64,000 bases of DNA from Podarcis bocagei (lineage: Eukaryota). The position numbers were made by a program, and so were the translations under genes. Below the pieces are notes generated by a model. The model made no database searches and was not told the DNA's origin. It was given only the letters and a program-made list of their open reading frames with translations. Positions 50,999-64,000 of this stretch are shown piece after piece. The stretch lies in the NCBI GenBank assembly GCA_964188305.1, contig OZ076892.1. The stretch is one strand, 5' to 3'. The first letter of the stretch is position 1. Every line of letters begins with the position of its first letter.

Positions 50999-52717
50999 CT
51001 AGAGAGAGAGAAGCAAAAGGAGATTATCATGTCATTTGGCTGAAAGATTGCCAAGACCTCAAAGACACACTGTACATCTATCTCAACAAACTCTCCAGAG
51101 TGTAACCAGAAGCTTGTTTATACAATCAAAATTAAGGACTCTTATCCTGAAGTTATTACTCAGAGGATTCTGGGGCATTTCAGCTACACTCCATCACTGA
51201 CAACCTCAGGCCACTTCACAGGCCACTGGGTTTCTGCAAGGAACTGGCAATGTCAACAGCTCCGATCCTTGCCAAGGACCAGAAATTCTCCTTCTGCTGA
51301 TATCGGCCTGGATTTGCCCCTTGACTATGGAAACAGTACCAGAAGTTTGGGTCTATCTTAATAAAGCTATTGCCCATCTGTGGGTTTTGAAACCATGTGT
51401 AGTAACGACTTGGAACCCCAGAGAGTGGGTTTAAAGTGCAGCAATGTAGGACTCTCTAGACATGCAAGCAGCCATGTAGCAGAATGCAACTCACAAGGGC
51501 TTATTGTCAGGGATGGGGAACTTGTGACCCTCCAAATGTTGTTGGACTACAACCCCCCTCCCCCATCATCTGTGACCATTGGCCATGCTGGTTGGTGCTG
51601 CTGGATCAATAATCTAGGAAGCTGCTTTATGCCAAGTCAGACCAATGGTCCATTTAGCCCAGGACTGTCTACACTGACTGCCAGGGGTTCTCCAGGATTC
51701 CAAACTGGGTACATTCTCATCCCTATCTGGAAACGTTGGGGATCAAAACCAGGTTCTTCTTCCATTGAACTATGTCCCTTCCCAGCAGCTACCCAGATGC
51801 TTCTGAGAAGCCTTCAAGCAGGGTGCGAGGGCCATGGTTGTCCATCATTGTATGCACCTCTGAACATGAACCTAGGCAGCTCTCTGGCAGGGAAGTCAAG
51901 GTCCCCTTGAATTTCTCTACCCTAAATAAAACAAAACCCTCAGGGAGCCAAGAGATCTCCCCTTTCTTTCTTAGGGCGGCAGCATGGCAAATTACTGTTA
52001 GTATTGGTTCCCTTTGGGCATTGCACCCATCTCTTTTTCTGATCTCAGAACAGGCAATTTTAAACCCGGGGCCAAGCAAATTCTCCCTGCCAGGTGTGTC
52101 TGGTACCAGGTGTATCTGGAGGGCAAAGAGGGAGGTGGCGGTGGGGAGTTTAGTAACTAAATCCATTAACCAGCAGCCTCCTGGGGGGAAAAAACTCCTT
52201 TGGGTTTCCTTGATATGCTTGTCTTTTCAACAAACTGCCTAATTATCCAAGTAAAAGACAAAGGGAGGGAGGAAGATTAGGTTTTGTGCACTCAAGAAGT
52301 CTGTTTTGGATACTTTTGTTCTTTCTAGGTCTCAGAAGAAAACTTTGCACCCAAAGCAGATTCTCTCACTTGACAGTTTTGTTCTCCCCCACCCCACCTG
52401 CCACCGCCAAATCTGACAGCCAGGCATTTTGAGCAACCTCCTCAGCTTTCTGAGGCTTGAAATTAACACAGCCCTTCCCCCACCCCTTTCTGCTGGCCAC
52501 CTAGCCTAGTGAAACTGGTGCGGCACCTAAGGAAGGAGGAGGGGAGTCTGCTTCCGCTGTGACCACCCAGGCTGCTCCCAAGAATCACTCAGTCTGGGGC
52601 CTCTAAAAAACCTTTGCTGGCCCTAAAGTCAAAACCAATGGGTGATGTGGCAAACTCCCCTCCCAATCGCAGACTTCTTGTCCTATTGCAGCTCGGGAGA
52701 CCACGGCCTCAACGAAC

Positions 52718-52912
52718 CTGTGAGATATCTGTGAACAGCGCATCCGAGATCCTCTCGCACATCATGCCAACCAACTGCAGCACCTGCAGCTGCTTCTCTT
52801 GCTGCTCAAGGCCAGGGCTGCAGCACTGTTCCAGGTCCAGAGGGCTGTTGCAGGAGGAGAGCGGGGCAGACTCCATTTTGGAAGCCCCCTGCTCAGCCAT
52901 GCGTGTCAGCTC
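52718..52912 (-). CDS. TANGO6: TANGO6 exon
   Basis: 195 nt; ELTRMAEQ...QEKQLQVLQLVGMMCERISDALFTDISQ; donor GTTCGT. Confidence 0.9.
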
Positions 52913-53815
52913 CTGTCAGAGGGAGGGGGGCAGAATGGAAGAAGAAAAAAATCCCAAGCGTTTAATCAGAGGAATGCACATAGGAAAAGGCACATATATA
53001 TTGCTTTGGCATGTCAGTGCACTTTGACCAGCACATTGCTTATTATTAAGTAAATATTGTTGAATAGTAAACACAGAGAACAAATAGAGGAGGGCTGGAT
53101 GGACACCCACCCACAAACAGGAAGCCCCCTCCCCCCCAGGGATTATTCGCAGCTGTGAAACCCACAATTACACTTCAAAGATTCTCCTGTTGTCAAAACA
53201 GCCCCAGAAGGAACAGCAGTTAACCCTTTCCCACATTGACACTGCTGGCATCTTTTGCAGATCATCCTCTGTGCAGGAGGCAGACACAAAAAACCCTGCC
53301 ATTAGCATCCATCTGTAACACTGCAATATTTGTACCAGCAAAACTTCACTGTCAGGAGTATGCACATACTTTAATTAGCTGCTTTCACTCAAAAGGGGCT
53401 CCAGCATCTTTCTTCCCAACTATATGCCCCACACGAAACACTAAAGCCATTCCTTGCTTTTTTGCATTTCAAAAGAACTGCACAATAAAGGAAGTTCACA
53501 ACTTTCAACAAACAGGCCAAGCCTCACATGCTTTGCATCTCCATCACTGACTCATCACTCACCAAAGACTGCCTCTCACAGAGCTGATGCCTGATTGTCT
53601 AGTTGCATCATTTTGCCTCTTGCATCCCTGAAAGTATCTTTGAAGGGTTGATGTTGCAGAGGGAGAACAATCACTCTGCATTAGTTAAATAGAGACTTGA
53701 GGAGGAGTTGAGGAACCCACTTTGTTAAAAGGGTTGTTTTCTTTTTTGCAAACTTCTTAGTTTCTTCTCCAATGTTGCCTGCCTAAGGGTGGGGGTGTCC
53801 CTTAAAACCACAGAT

Positions 53816-54490
53816 GGGCTGGTGGTAGCTCAGTGGTGGAGCATCTGCTTTGCATGCAGAAGGTTCCAGGCTCAGTCCCTGGCATCTCCAGGTAGGACTG
53901 GGAGAAACTTCCTGCTTGAAACCCTGGAGAACTGCTGTCCATTAGTGTAGCCCACATGTTTTCAACCTTTTTGGGTCCACGGCTCCCTTGACCAACTACA
54001 TTCTTTCTGTCGCACCCCTGTGGGGCTCAGGAGCCCAGTTATGTCACCTCTTGCCTGCAGAACCGGCAGCCCCTCACCACTTTTCGAACACCCTCCTTTG
54101 TGGAGTGTTCCCTCAACCTCCTCTTTTCTCCCTTCTCCTTGGGAGTCCTCTGGGCTGCCACCCTTGGTCTCTGAGCAGTCCTCCGTGCCCCAAAGAGAGG
54201 TGCTTCCTCACATTACCCCACAGGGGCCTGGGAAGCACGCCCTGGCCAGCCCCAGAGGCATTATTCGCCTGGGGAGCCTATAGGCAGGGTTGCTGCAACA
54301 AACAGCTGTGCAAGCCTTTGGGAGCCAGAGATGTGAGAGGACATCAGAGGAGGGAGGGAAGGAAAGAGGTACAGAGGCCACTGTTGCCTGCAGCACCCTT
54401 GACCATCATTCAAGGCATCCCAGGGTGTAGCCACTACTGAGATAGATGAACCAGTAGTCTGAGTATAAGGAAGCTTCCCATGTCCCTATG
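53816..54490 (+). mobile_element. Squam2-like SINE split by a nested hAT element
   Basis: Head 53816-53952, tail 54425-54490. Confidence 0.8.
53953..54424. mobile_element. hAT-Charlie-like non-autonomous element, right TIR missing
   Basis: Left end CACATGTTTTCAACCTTTTT; 8-bp direct repeat GTGTAGCC at 53945 and 54425. Confidence 0.7.
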
Positions 54491-54544
54491 TTCAAGCAGA
54501 GAAGGATCTTTCCCATCACCTGTGGTTACCTGATATATTTTTTA

Positions 54545-54793
<249 letters not shown>

Positions 54794-56617
54794 TCACAAA
54801 GGGGAGTCACAACTTTCCTTGCAGCAACTCTGAGCATCTTACATTCCTCTTCCATCCTTCTGCAAGTGACCTCAGGCCAACTCCTTAACAGAGGGAGGAT
54901 CTTTTGAGCCACCAAGAGCAGGCAGCTGTATTGCTAATCAACAATCTTACAAAGCACTTGAACAGCTCTACAGCAGCCTTCCCCAACCTGGTGTCCTCCT
55001 GATGTTTTGGACTACAACTTCCATCAGCCCCAGCCAGGACGGCCATGGCAGGAGTTGCAGTCCAACAACATGTGGAGGGCACCATATCCTGGGGTAATGT
55101 TTCACACTGCAAAGCAGTCTGCCTAGAAAGTTGATTTGAGAGGGTAGCCACCCAAAAGCATGCCTGCTCTCCCTCACTGTGTGCAGGAAGATCACAGGCC
55201 TGTTGACAGCAATGCTCTGCAGCAATGCTCTAACAGCATGCAAAGTGAGCTACTTACTGGGAGAGGTTTTCCACTCCCCACACTCCCCGCTACCTTGGTT
55301 AACAGGATTAGGTTTTGTGCTTTGACTAGCACAAGAGGCCCAAGTTTCCTCGGATAAGTTTGTGGGGCTAAATATACGAACACTGGGTTTTGCTGCCAGG
55401 TGTTTTTTGTTTTTGATGGTATTGGCCACCCTGGGAGTTTTTAAAATGGAAGGATACCACTCATGTTTTGAAAAATAAAGCATGGCAGAATGGCTAGCCT
55501 TGGCCTTCCAGATGTATTAGACTATAGCTCCCATCAGCCTCAGCTCAGCCAATATGGCCATATGATGTTGGGGCTGATGAGAGTTACAGTCCAAAACATC
55601 TGGAGGGCACCAGGTTAGGGAAGGCTAGGCTAAGAGATAAGGAAATTCCTCATCTGAATCTTGCCTCTGCCATACACCACTCTCTTTCTCTCTCTGTCTC
55701 AGTCCCACATCTGCAACAGGGGATAATCACACTAGCCTGCTTTACCCGGCTGCTGTTAGGATCACAATGAGGTGATTTAGGTGAAGTATTTTACACACAT
55801 GAATGGCAAACTCGTGGAAAGCAAGAGTGGAGGCTCAACTCTGCAAGTCAACTCACACTGCAAGCCCAACATTCAAGAGAAGGCAGAGGCAACTCTTTGG
55901 CAACACACTAAATCAGCAGAGGCTTGCGGCACTTTAAAAGGCTAGCAAATAAGGCACAAGTGTTCATGGACTGGAGATGTATGAATAGCTATCTTCAGTT
56001 GGCAGGTAGGGGTGTCAAGAGTGGGGAGGACAAATGTGAACTGGACACCAAATGGCTAAGAAATATAAAAAGTCCAGTCTGTGACAATTATGTGCAAAGT
56101 GAAGTTACCATTCATTACACCAGTAATTGGTGAAAACACCACCACCATAACATTATGAAGTTAATTAGCACCTTCAGCGAGACAGGAAACCACCAGGTAA
56201 CACAGGAATGGTTGCAAAAAGACAAAACAAAAATAATCCCAGGTTATAAAACACAGCGCCCATATATGGGCTTGTGAGTGGGAAAATCTGACATTGAAAT
56301 TGGTTGAACAAGAAGGGGAAAGGGGGGAGCTTGCACTGCACACTTGGGAGGCCAGAGTGCACCTTCGCCCTCTGATTCTCAAGGGTTTGATTCAGGTGCT
56401 GTGGGAGCCAGAGTGGGCCCCTTCAGCTCAGTCACATATGCTGGGGTGAGGTAAGGGAGCAACTTTGACATTCTGTTCTCAGCACAGAGCAGCAATAGAG
56501 ATCTGGCAGTAAATGTCTCCCCCCCACCTACCTGAGTAGCACTGCTGCACTGAGAGTAGCAGCATGGCATAGGCTAACAAACTAGACTCCAAAAACAGAG
56601 TTCCCCTTCTCTCCTGT

Positions 56618-56739
56618 TAGGGTTGCCATATGTCCTCTTTTTCCAGGGCACACCCTCTTTTCCATGGGTAGTGCCATAGTTAAAAGTAGAAGTTGGCAAA
56701 TGTGTCCTCTTTTTTGCTCTTCAAAATATGGCAACCGTA
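56618..56739. mobile_element. hAT-Blackjack-like MITE
   Basis: TIRs TAGGGTTGCCATAT ... ATATGGCAACCGTA. Confidence 0.65.
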
Positions 56740-57785
56740 CTTGTAGCCTGCCATTAGCATACTGGGAGTGTTTACCATCTGTGCATGCAACAGTCATTGG
56801 GGGTTCTTGGGTTTGAATTTGAGCTTCCGCTTCTGTTCATTTGCTTACTCCTCAGAGCCAGCCCTCCCCACAGCCCCTGTAGCTGACCACTTTGTGGTTT
56901 TCAGTTTCAGTTACATGAACCTCTGGCAAGGAGAACTTTGGAAGTCCAAGATAAGGCCCACAAGAGCTCCAGATTCCCTTCTCTTTCCACTTTGATGAGT
57001 CTTCCATTTCCTTCCAGCACATCACGCCCCAGTGCTTGGGGCTTCACACTGTTTCATCCCTTCATCATTATATCAGCACTCATTCACACAGAAATGAGAT
57101 CATCAGAAGAGCTTAGCTACTGAATCAGGCCAAAGGGGGCCATCTGGTCCAGTACCTGGTTCTTACAGGGCCAACCAAATGCCTCAGTGGGAAGCCCAAA
57201 AGCAGGACCTGAGCACAGTAGCACTTGTGCCACTTGTGATTCCCAGCAACTGGTAATTCAGAAGCAGACTGCCTTTAAAAGCAGAGGGAGAACGTAGCCA
57301 CTGTTAGCCCTATCCTTTTGCGACCCTTCTGCAAACTGGCATGCGCATACTGTACACACAACTGCTCTTAAGGACACGTAAGTGAAGCAACACCTCCATA
57401 CGTCCTGTTACTTGCTCAAAGAGCCAGACAGAAGCACTCACTCCACTTCACAGTCTGCAACCACTTATACATGAATGCAGGTGACACGAGTCTGCCCAGC
57501 CTCAAGAAAAGCTGTGGCCCTCTTCCCCCAGCATGCCACCTGTGCCAACGAGCCGGAGGCTTCACAGACACCTTACCTGAAAGATTCACATTTCCAGAAA
57601 GGTATTTTGCGGTGGTGGAGCTTGCTGTGTCCACTTCCAGAGAAGACACAGTGCAGGCAACCCTGGAAATCAGACAGCCACAAGGCTCCATCTCCTCTGC
57701 TTTGAGAAGTCCACCCCAGAACAAGCTCAGCCACAACATCAGCCTGCAGCCACACAGGACTGGAAAGCCACATGCAGTTTCTCAC

Positions 57786-57962
57786 CTGATAGTCTCTTTG
57801 ATGGTGACTACAGCGCCCCCTTCACTGCCCGCCTGAAACTGACAGAGCGGATGGAGCAGGTGGGTGGTTCCTCCAAGCCTTGCAAGTCCTTCCAGGACGG
57901 ATAGTGCGGTTTGCCTCTTGCATTTCTCCAAGAACCATAACAGGATCTCTTGGCATGGAATG
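57786..57962 (-). CDS. TANGO6: TANGO6 exon
   Basis: 177 nt; IPCQEILLWFLEK...LHPLCQFQAGSEGGAVVTIKETI. Confidence 0.92.
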
Positions 57963-58879
57963 CTACAAGGAAGGAAATGTGGCAATGAGTGGCTGCCAAG
58001 CAGTCCAAGGGAGAACAAGCATGTGCCAATCTGAACCTGGCAGGGTTGAAGAGAAAGGGCAGGTGAACCTGGAAGTGTCCTAGAGGCTCCAAATCAGGCA
58101 GTGGACTTCTCCATTGCTAGAATGGGGTAGACCAGAGGAGTCTTCCCTCACTGCTCTAAACTGCTGCATCTAGTCCATACCTTTTCTTAACACGAGGCCC
58201 ATTTATCCCAGGAGAAGGGATCCTCAGGCCTGGGGGTTGAATGCAGCTCTCCAGGCCTATGTATCTGACCCTCAATACTCTCCCTAGGCCACCTCTCACT
58301 GGTCATTTCACATAGGCCAGGCATGTTTTTGCCTTGCTGGAATGTGTCTTTAAATTCTGATAATGCCTCCTGCATGCCAAGACAGAGGATAGAGAAGATT
58401 GTGCAAGTATGTGCAGAAACAAACCTACTGCACAAAAGTAAAACTTACATTCATTGCTCCACACACTTTTGCCTTTGGTCATGCCCACCACTGGCCTGTG
58501 GAAGATTCCCCAAAAGGAACACAACCCTTGGGCAGGAGGAGGTTCTCCACCACTGCTGTACCCCTTGCAAGAGCTCCCTAAGAATTTGCCCTTGCACTAT
58601 TAAGAAGTGCTGGGCTCATCATGCATGTTCCGAGCTGCATCTGCCAACATTTAAATCCCATTTCCTATACAAGTCCTGAAGATGCCTCTCTCTCATGAGA
58701 AGCAGCATCCAACTCCCTCAGATATGATCTGCCTAACTGCATCCGCAGCTTGTGCCAGCATCAACTCCTTAGAGCAGGAAGTCTGGTCTCCAGGTACTGC
58801 TGTGCAGCACAAAACACTGCTTCATTGTCTGTGAATAGAAAGCAAGCCACACATACACACACAAAGCAGCAGCAGCAGT

Positions 58880-59190
58880 ATCATCATCAACAACAACAAC
58901 TTTATTGCACTAGCCAAAGGCCATGGCATCATTCACAAAGGAAACAAAAAGAAAAGCAACAATAACCATAAAAACCATAAAAACATCAGGCACTGCAGAT
59001 ACAATAAACCATGATCACGTCTCCTAAGAATTATATTGTTGCATACGATAGACTATCAAGGGGTTCTCAGGCAGAATGTGCCAGCTTGCCGTAAATGTCC
59101 GAATCAATTTTGCAATTGACCACTATTTTATCTAGTTCTTTTCTCCTGATCTTCTTAGCTGCCAACGCATATAGTCCTACTTTATAAGTG
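58880..59190 (-). mobile_element. 3' end of a non-LTR retrotransposon, family unassigned
   Basis: Minus strand has an ORF-like remnant (FVTYKVGLYALAAKKIRRKELDK), then GCAATAAA and a (GTT)/(GAT) microsatellite tail. Confidence 0.5.
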
Positions 59191-59355
59191 ACGAAGTCAC
59201 AGCAGCAGCAGTAAGAGAGAGTCATCTGCCTGTCTTTCATGTCCTTGAAACTGCCCCCATAAGAGGGATGTTTCTCCCAAGATGCAGTGGGAGGAAATTT
59301 TTTGAAATCGGATGGTCTTTGACTGCAGAGCCCTTTCTCTGGGCCACACACCTTA

Positions 59356-59592
<237 letters not shown>

Positions 59593-59788
59593 TCACCTTG
59601 AGAGGCACTTCTCTCTGCAATAACCCTTGAGAAATGAACATAAAGGTTATAGATACAGAAATGGGCTTGGAAGTGCATGGGCAATGAGAACTAGCAGAGG
59701 TGTGATAAACCTGGACAAGTGACGACCTATGCAGATTTCCATAACTGAAAGCTCATTTCTTTGCTCAGAATTCTGATGTGTTTATCTA

Positions 59789-60010
59789 GAGCCGTACCTT
59801 GGAAGTCAAATGGAAACCATTCTGAAAGTCCGTTCAACTTCCAAAACGTTCAAAAACCAAATCACAGCTTCTGATTGGCTGCAGGAATCCCTGCTGGACA
59901 TTCAGGTTCCCAAAAAATGTTCGTAAACTGGAACAATCCCTTCCGGGTTTGCGGCGTTCAGGAGCCAAAACATTTGAGTTCCAGGGCGTTTGGGATCCAA
60001 GGTACGATTG
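59789..60010. mobile_element. Tc1/mariner-like MITE
   Basis: Ends GAGCCGTACCTTGG ... CCAAGGTACGATTG, TA at the left flank. Confidence 0.65.
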
Positions 60011-62462
60011 CATTTGCCACAGTCTTGGGTAAAGGTGTCAGACTGCTCTGAGACTCTTTTTAGAACTACCATGGCCTGAAGGAAAGGCTGGGAACATCTG
60101 TGGCTGCCATCACCCTGACCACTAGCCATGCTGGCTGCTGGGAACTGGGAGTCCTACAACATCTAGAGGGCTACTGGTTAGTCACATTGTCTTAGACTTT
60201 CATGGTATCCCTGGTCCCAGCACGGACACACAAAAGCACCTCTGTGAGAAAGAGATTTCCTTTATAAAATATGGCCTATTATTTCCACCTGAGCTAATCC
60301 CCCATGGTGCCACTCATCCTCAACGAGCATTATTTGTACTTGCTGCTTTCCTGCTAAAGGCCTGAGATGAGTTTCCCACTCTGGCATCAGATGACACTTG
60401 GGAGGCAAAGCCCCAGAAACACCTTCAAGCTCCAATCTGCCATCTTAATCTCCCCTCTGTCAGAGCTCTAGCACTCTGCCATTAGCAATGGACCCACCCT
60501 GTGCTCCCAGGCATTTGCAGAAGGAACAGCGGCCACCGCGCGGCCTCTGGGACCCGTTCCTGCCTGCCGGCTCATTATAACAGATCATTACTGCCCAAGA
60601 CGCTGTCGAGCAATCACAGTATTTAAGAGCTCAGACTGCCAAGGTGTCTGCCAAAGATTTCAGCACTGCTGGCTTGTGGCTTGGCTGCCTGACGCATGGG
60701 ATTGTGCTGCCCAAAATGTTGGAATCTGACCAAGGAAAAGCAAGCTGACCTCCAGAGAAAGAGAAAGATTGCTTTACCTGTTGTGTCCACAACCGGCTAA
60801 CCTGGATACAGCTGAAAGGCCATGCTGTTCCTCTCAAAAAGGACAAACTTCATCCAAAGCGGATCTAGGGGAACGCAACTGGTTCAGTCGCACTGGGCAC
60901 TGAGCTTTTGGGGAACCTCAGCAATGATGTCCAATTAAAGGCAAGTGGCCACCAAGGTCTACCACTGACTGCATCTATCCGTTTCATCAAGACTGAGTGA
61001 TTTCTAAGCCCCTCTTCAAGAGTTGGAAATCAGGAGCTTGGTGGGGAGACCCTCGCTCTGCAGCATCGGCTGCAACATGGGCTTTAAAAGACAGGCAGAC
61101 AGGCACTGGACCCACTGGACACTGAGAAGGCAAAGGGGCTCCAGTTACCTTCCCCCAGTGATCGCTGCTGATTTCCCCTGCCCAGGCTGGAATGTGCAGA
61201 GCCACGAGGCAGTACAGCCACTATTCGTTTCAGTGATTTCTGCTTGCTTGGCAAGCCACTCGGTCAGATCCCTATCCATCTACTTTAGACTGCTGATTGT
61301 CCCATGCAGAAATTGCAGATTCTGATGCAGGCTTGCCAGTTATTATATTGCTTGGCAATGAATTGGAAAAACAAGCAAAATATTATGCTTCCAAAGTGCT
61401 GGGCTAGCACCACCATATGAGAAGGGGAATTACTCCTAGCCGAGCAGAGCATGAAGGGCAAAGCTGAATGCACACGCACGCGCATACACTGTGATCCTAC
61501 GCATGGAAACTGTGATGCAGAAGCATAACTGAAGTTAATTGCCACCAGTTCTAAAGTAAATGCACTTATAAACTGACCAGGTAAAAAGCATAGGTGAAAC
61601 AAGAGGCCTGCATCTGGCAGACCAGTCTGTACAGGGCACAGCATGGAGCAAGTCCTAGGAGATGGGAGATGAGATATGGGGAAGAAGGGAAGCAAGATTG
61701 CTATGGGGCAGCAGGTCACCATCACTGTTCAGGACTTGGAGGTGTGGGTGCTCTCAACAGCTAGGAAGCTAACATAACCGCATCGGTTTTGGTTTTGGAA
61801 ATATTCACAAGGGCAGCTCAAGGAAGATAATCTACTCCTTTAAGGTCTCCAGCTACAGCTGATGCTTCTTTTCCTTTGTCTCCAGGACTTTAGCCACTGG
61901 GTGCAAGCACTTCCTGTTACTCCTTGAGCACATTAGTGGCATTCAGCCTTCCCTGCCCTGGTGTCCTCCAGGTTGGCAAAGGCTGCTATAAGGTGTTTGA
62001 AGCACCTGACTGGGATGCCAATGAATCAGCTGCCTTTATATATAGTCCCACATCAGAGGCAGAGCAAGGAAGGACACGGCAAGGATGCAAGTCTTCTACT
62101 CAGCTCAGCTTCTTGTGCAAGCACTGAACATGCAGCAGCATCCAAGGGAGGCTTTGCTTCCTGAGGGAGGCAACAGGCAGCTGGACCACTTCTGTGCAAG
62201 GAGTCCATGCATTGCTTTTGGAAGGAGGTCACAGGGGCATTGTGGCATATGACCCATCAGTTGTCTCTCACTGGGGGCACCCAGCTATGTTCTTTAAACT
62301 GCTTAGACACAAAATTTGTTTCCCCAGGGAAGGGTTGGGAAGCTGAAGAACCATCTGTTCTGGTGGTCCAATTGAAAAGAGAACTTCTTGAAAGGGTCGC
62401 TTTCCCTGCTTGCAATATTCAGTTTTAGCAAGACATACAGTAAGCGAGGTTAAATGATGTAC

Positions 62463-62545
62463 CTTAAGCACACTTTCCACACACTCACTGAGCTCCTCCT
62501 CTTTCACCAACACAGTCCCTGCCAGCAGCTCTTTCAGCGGTACTT
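62463..62545 (-). CDS. TANGO6: TANGO6 exon
   Basis: 83 nt; (E)VPLKELLAGTVLVKEEELSECVESVLK; phases fit neighbouring exons. Confidence 0.9.
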
Positions 62546-63320
62546 CTGAATGAAACAGAGAATAATATCATCAAAACCCATCAAAACAGGGGAGGTTGAC
62601 ACTGCAGGCTGTGTCCAACTCCTCAAAAGCATTTTTGTGGGGTGGGAGCCTTCAAATATATCAGTTGTTTGTTTGTTTTATTAAGGGGTTTTTTAAGACT
62701 GACTGCTCCCATGGATCGCTCACTATAATATGCCAAAAGGTTCATTAATGATGGAGGATTTAAAACAACAACAAAAAATATAGTACAGAATAGCTGATGG
62801 GACCCCCGAGTATAGGGCGGTATATAAAGTCAATAAATAAAAATAAATAAAAGTCTTTTGAAAGGCAGATCTCACCATGACCACTTTCATCATTCTCCCC
62901 CTGGAGGACTGACCATGGGTCATTGCAGCCCTAAAAGGGCAACCCACCCCTGTAATCATGGTAGGGTGCTCAATGCATCACACTTTTATGGACTGCTTCA
63001 TTTAATGCAACACAATAATGGCAATTGAATTAAACAGAATGGTCCATAAAGTACAGAATGAGTTACTTGGAGCTCTGCCCAGTTTGTAACGGGCTGCTAG
63101 GAGAGAGCCCGCCAGGCTTCTGTCACTGAGGAAATGAGATATCCAAGAATCACAGAGCAAATGATTCCAAGTAATGAAGTCATTGAACAAAATAAGAAAC
63201 AATTTTCACAGCCTGAACCGATGATGCAGGACAGGTACAAAGAAGGCGACCTGCCCCTCTCACAGGGGCCACCAGATTCCTTAGTCTGGTCCAGGTGGTC
63301 AAGAAGAAGGAAGCGGTTAC

Positions 63321-63486
63321 CTGTCACATCATCTGAGCAGCGCAGGAGGGGCTCCAGTATGGGATGCAGCAGGTGCTTCTCTGCTTGCTGGGGGTGTTGT
63401 CTTGCCATGGAGAGGACAGTTGTGGTGGCAACTCGCTGGAACTGATGGGCTGTCAGCTTATCCTGAATGAGGAACAGCTGCAGAAC
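63321..63486 (-). CDS. TANGO6: TANGO6 exon (most 5' in window; gene starts beyond the right edge)
   Basis: 166 nt; VLQLFLIQDKLTAHQFQRVATTTVLSMARQHPQQAEKHLLHPILEPLLRC. Confidence 0.92.
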
Positions 63487-64000
63487 CTGGGAGAGAAATG
63501 GCACACAGACTGCTCTTTAGCCACTGCTGGGGGCTGCATTTGCATTGCTCTCCAGTGCTGTTTATTCCTCGGCCGCTGATCCTTCATTAAACAGTGTTTC
63601 TAAAACCGTGCATGTGCTTCTCATTGTTAATAGGCCAATAAAAAGCAAATGCAAGTATGCCTTTTTTTAGTAATAGGCCTATAAACGATGAGAGCTTCGT
63701 ATTAGGTCTCTTCAGCCTGGCCTTTAACAGCTGAGATGTGTGTTTTCAGGACTTGCCCTATTCCTGCAACTGTCCTCTGTTTTAACTGTTTTTAATTCTG
63801 AATTTTAAACTGTTGTAACCTACCCTGGGACCTACTGGTGTAGGCTTGGTAATAAATGTAGTAAATGTAGTATGTTACTACTACTATTGCTATTACCATT
63901 GTTACCACCACAGTTACTGCACATGCTGTAGAGGGAAATGAAGGGCAGGTGGAGCTCATCAACCTGGGAAGGTAGCCCATCTAGGAGAAGGAAAACTCTG

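Noticed and set aside
53816-53890. tRNA-Ala-like sequences here and at other copies
   Set aside because: SINE heads continuing into SINE body and tail; acceptor stems degenerate

Overview
Vertebrate (squamate, most likely lacertid lizard) genomic DNA. The taxon is inferred from Sauria/Squam1, Squam2-like and Squam3-like SINEs plus a BovB fragment. The window holds the conserved block found at human 16q22.1. (1) The 5' end of UTP4/CIRH1A (- strand, first two coding exons, continuing off the left edge). (2) Head-to-head with it across a CpG-island bidirectional promoter, the complete CHTF8 (+, 3 coding exons, 117 aa). (3) Tail-to-tail with CHTF8, the complete HAS3 hyaluronan synthase (-, 3 coding exons, 548 aa, ~4 kb putative 3' UTR). 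(4) The last 13 coding exons of TANGO6 (-, entering from the right edge). All exons were placed by hand with GT-AG boundaries and consistent phases. The rest is intron or intergenic DNA rich in SINEs, LINE fragments and DNA-transposon MITEs. Most interesting points: no Pro/Gly-rich DERPC ORF after CHTF8, but an unrelated ORF in the same frame and position; an inverted Penelope pLTR with a degenerate hammerhead-ribozyme core; a dual-use AATAAATAA element in the CHTF8/HAS3 3' overlap; four miR-29 seed sites in the HAS3 3' UTR; and several young or nested insertions with readable target-site duplications. I found no convincing wholly novel gene system. Repeat family names are from recalled consensus sequences, not a database search.
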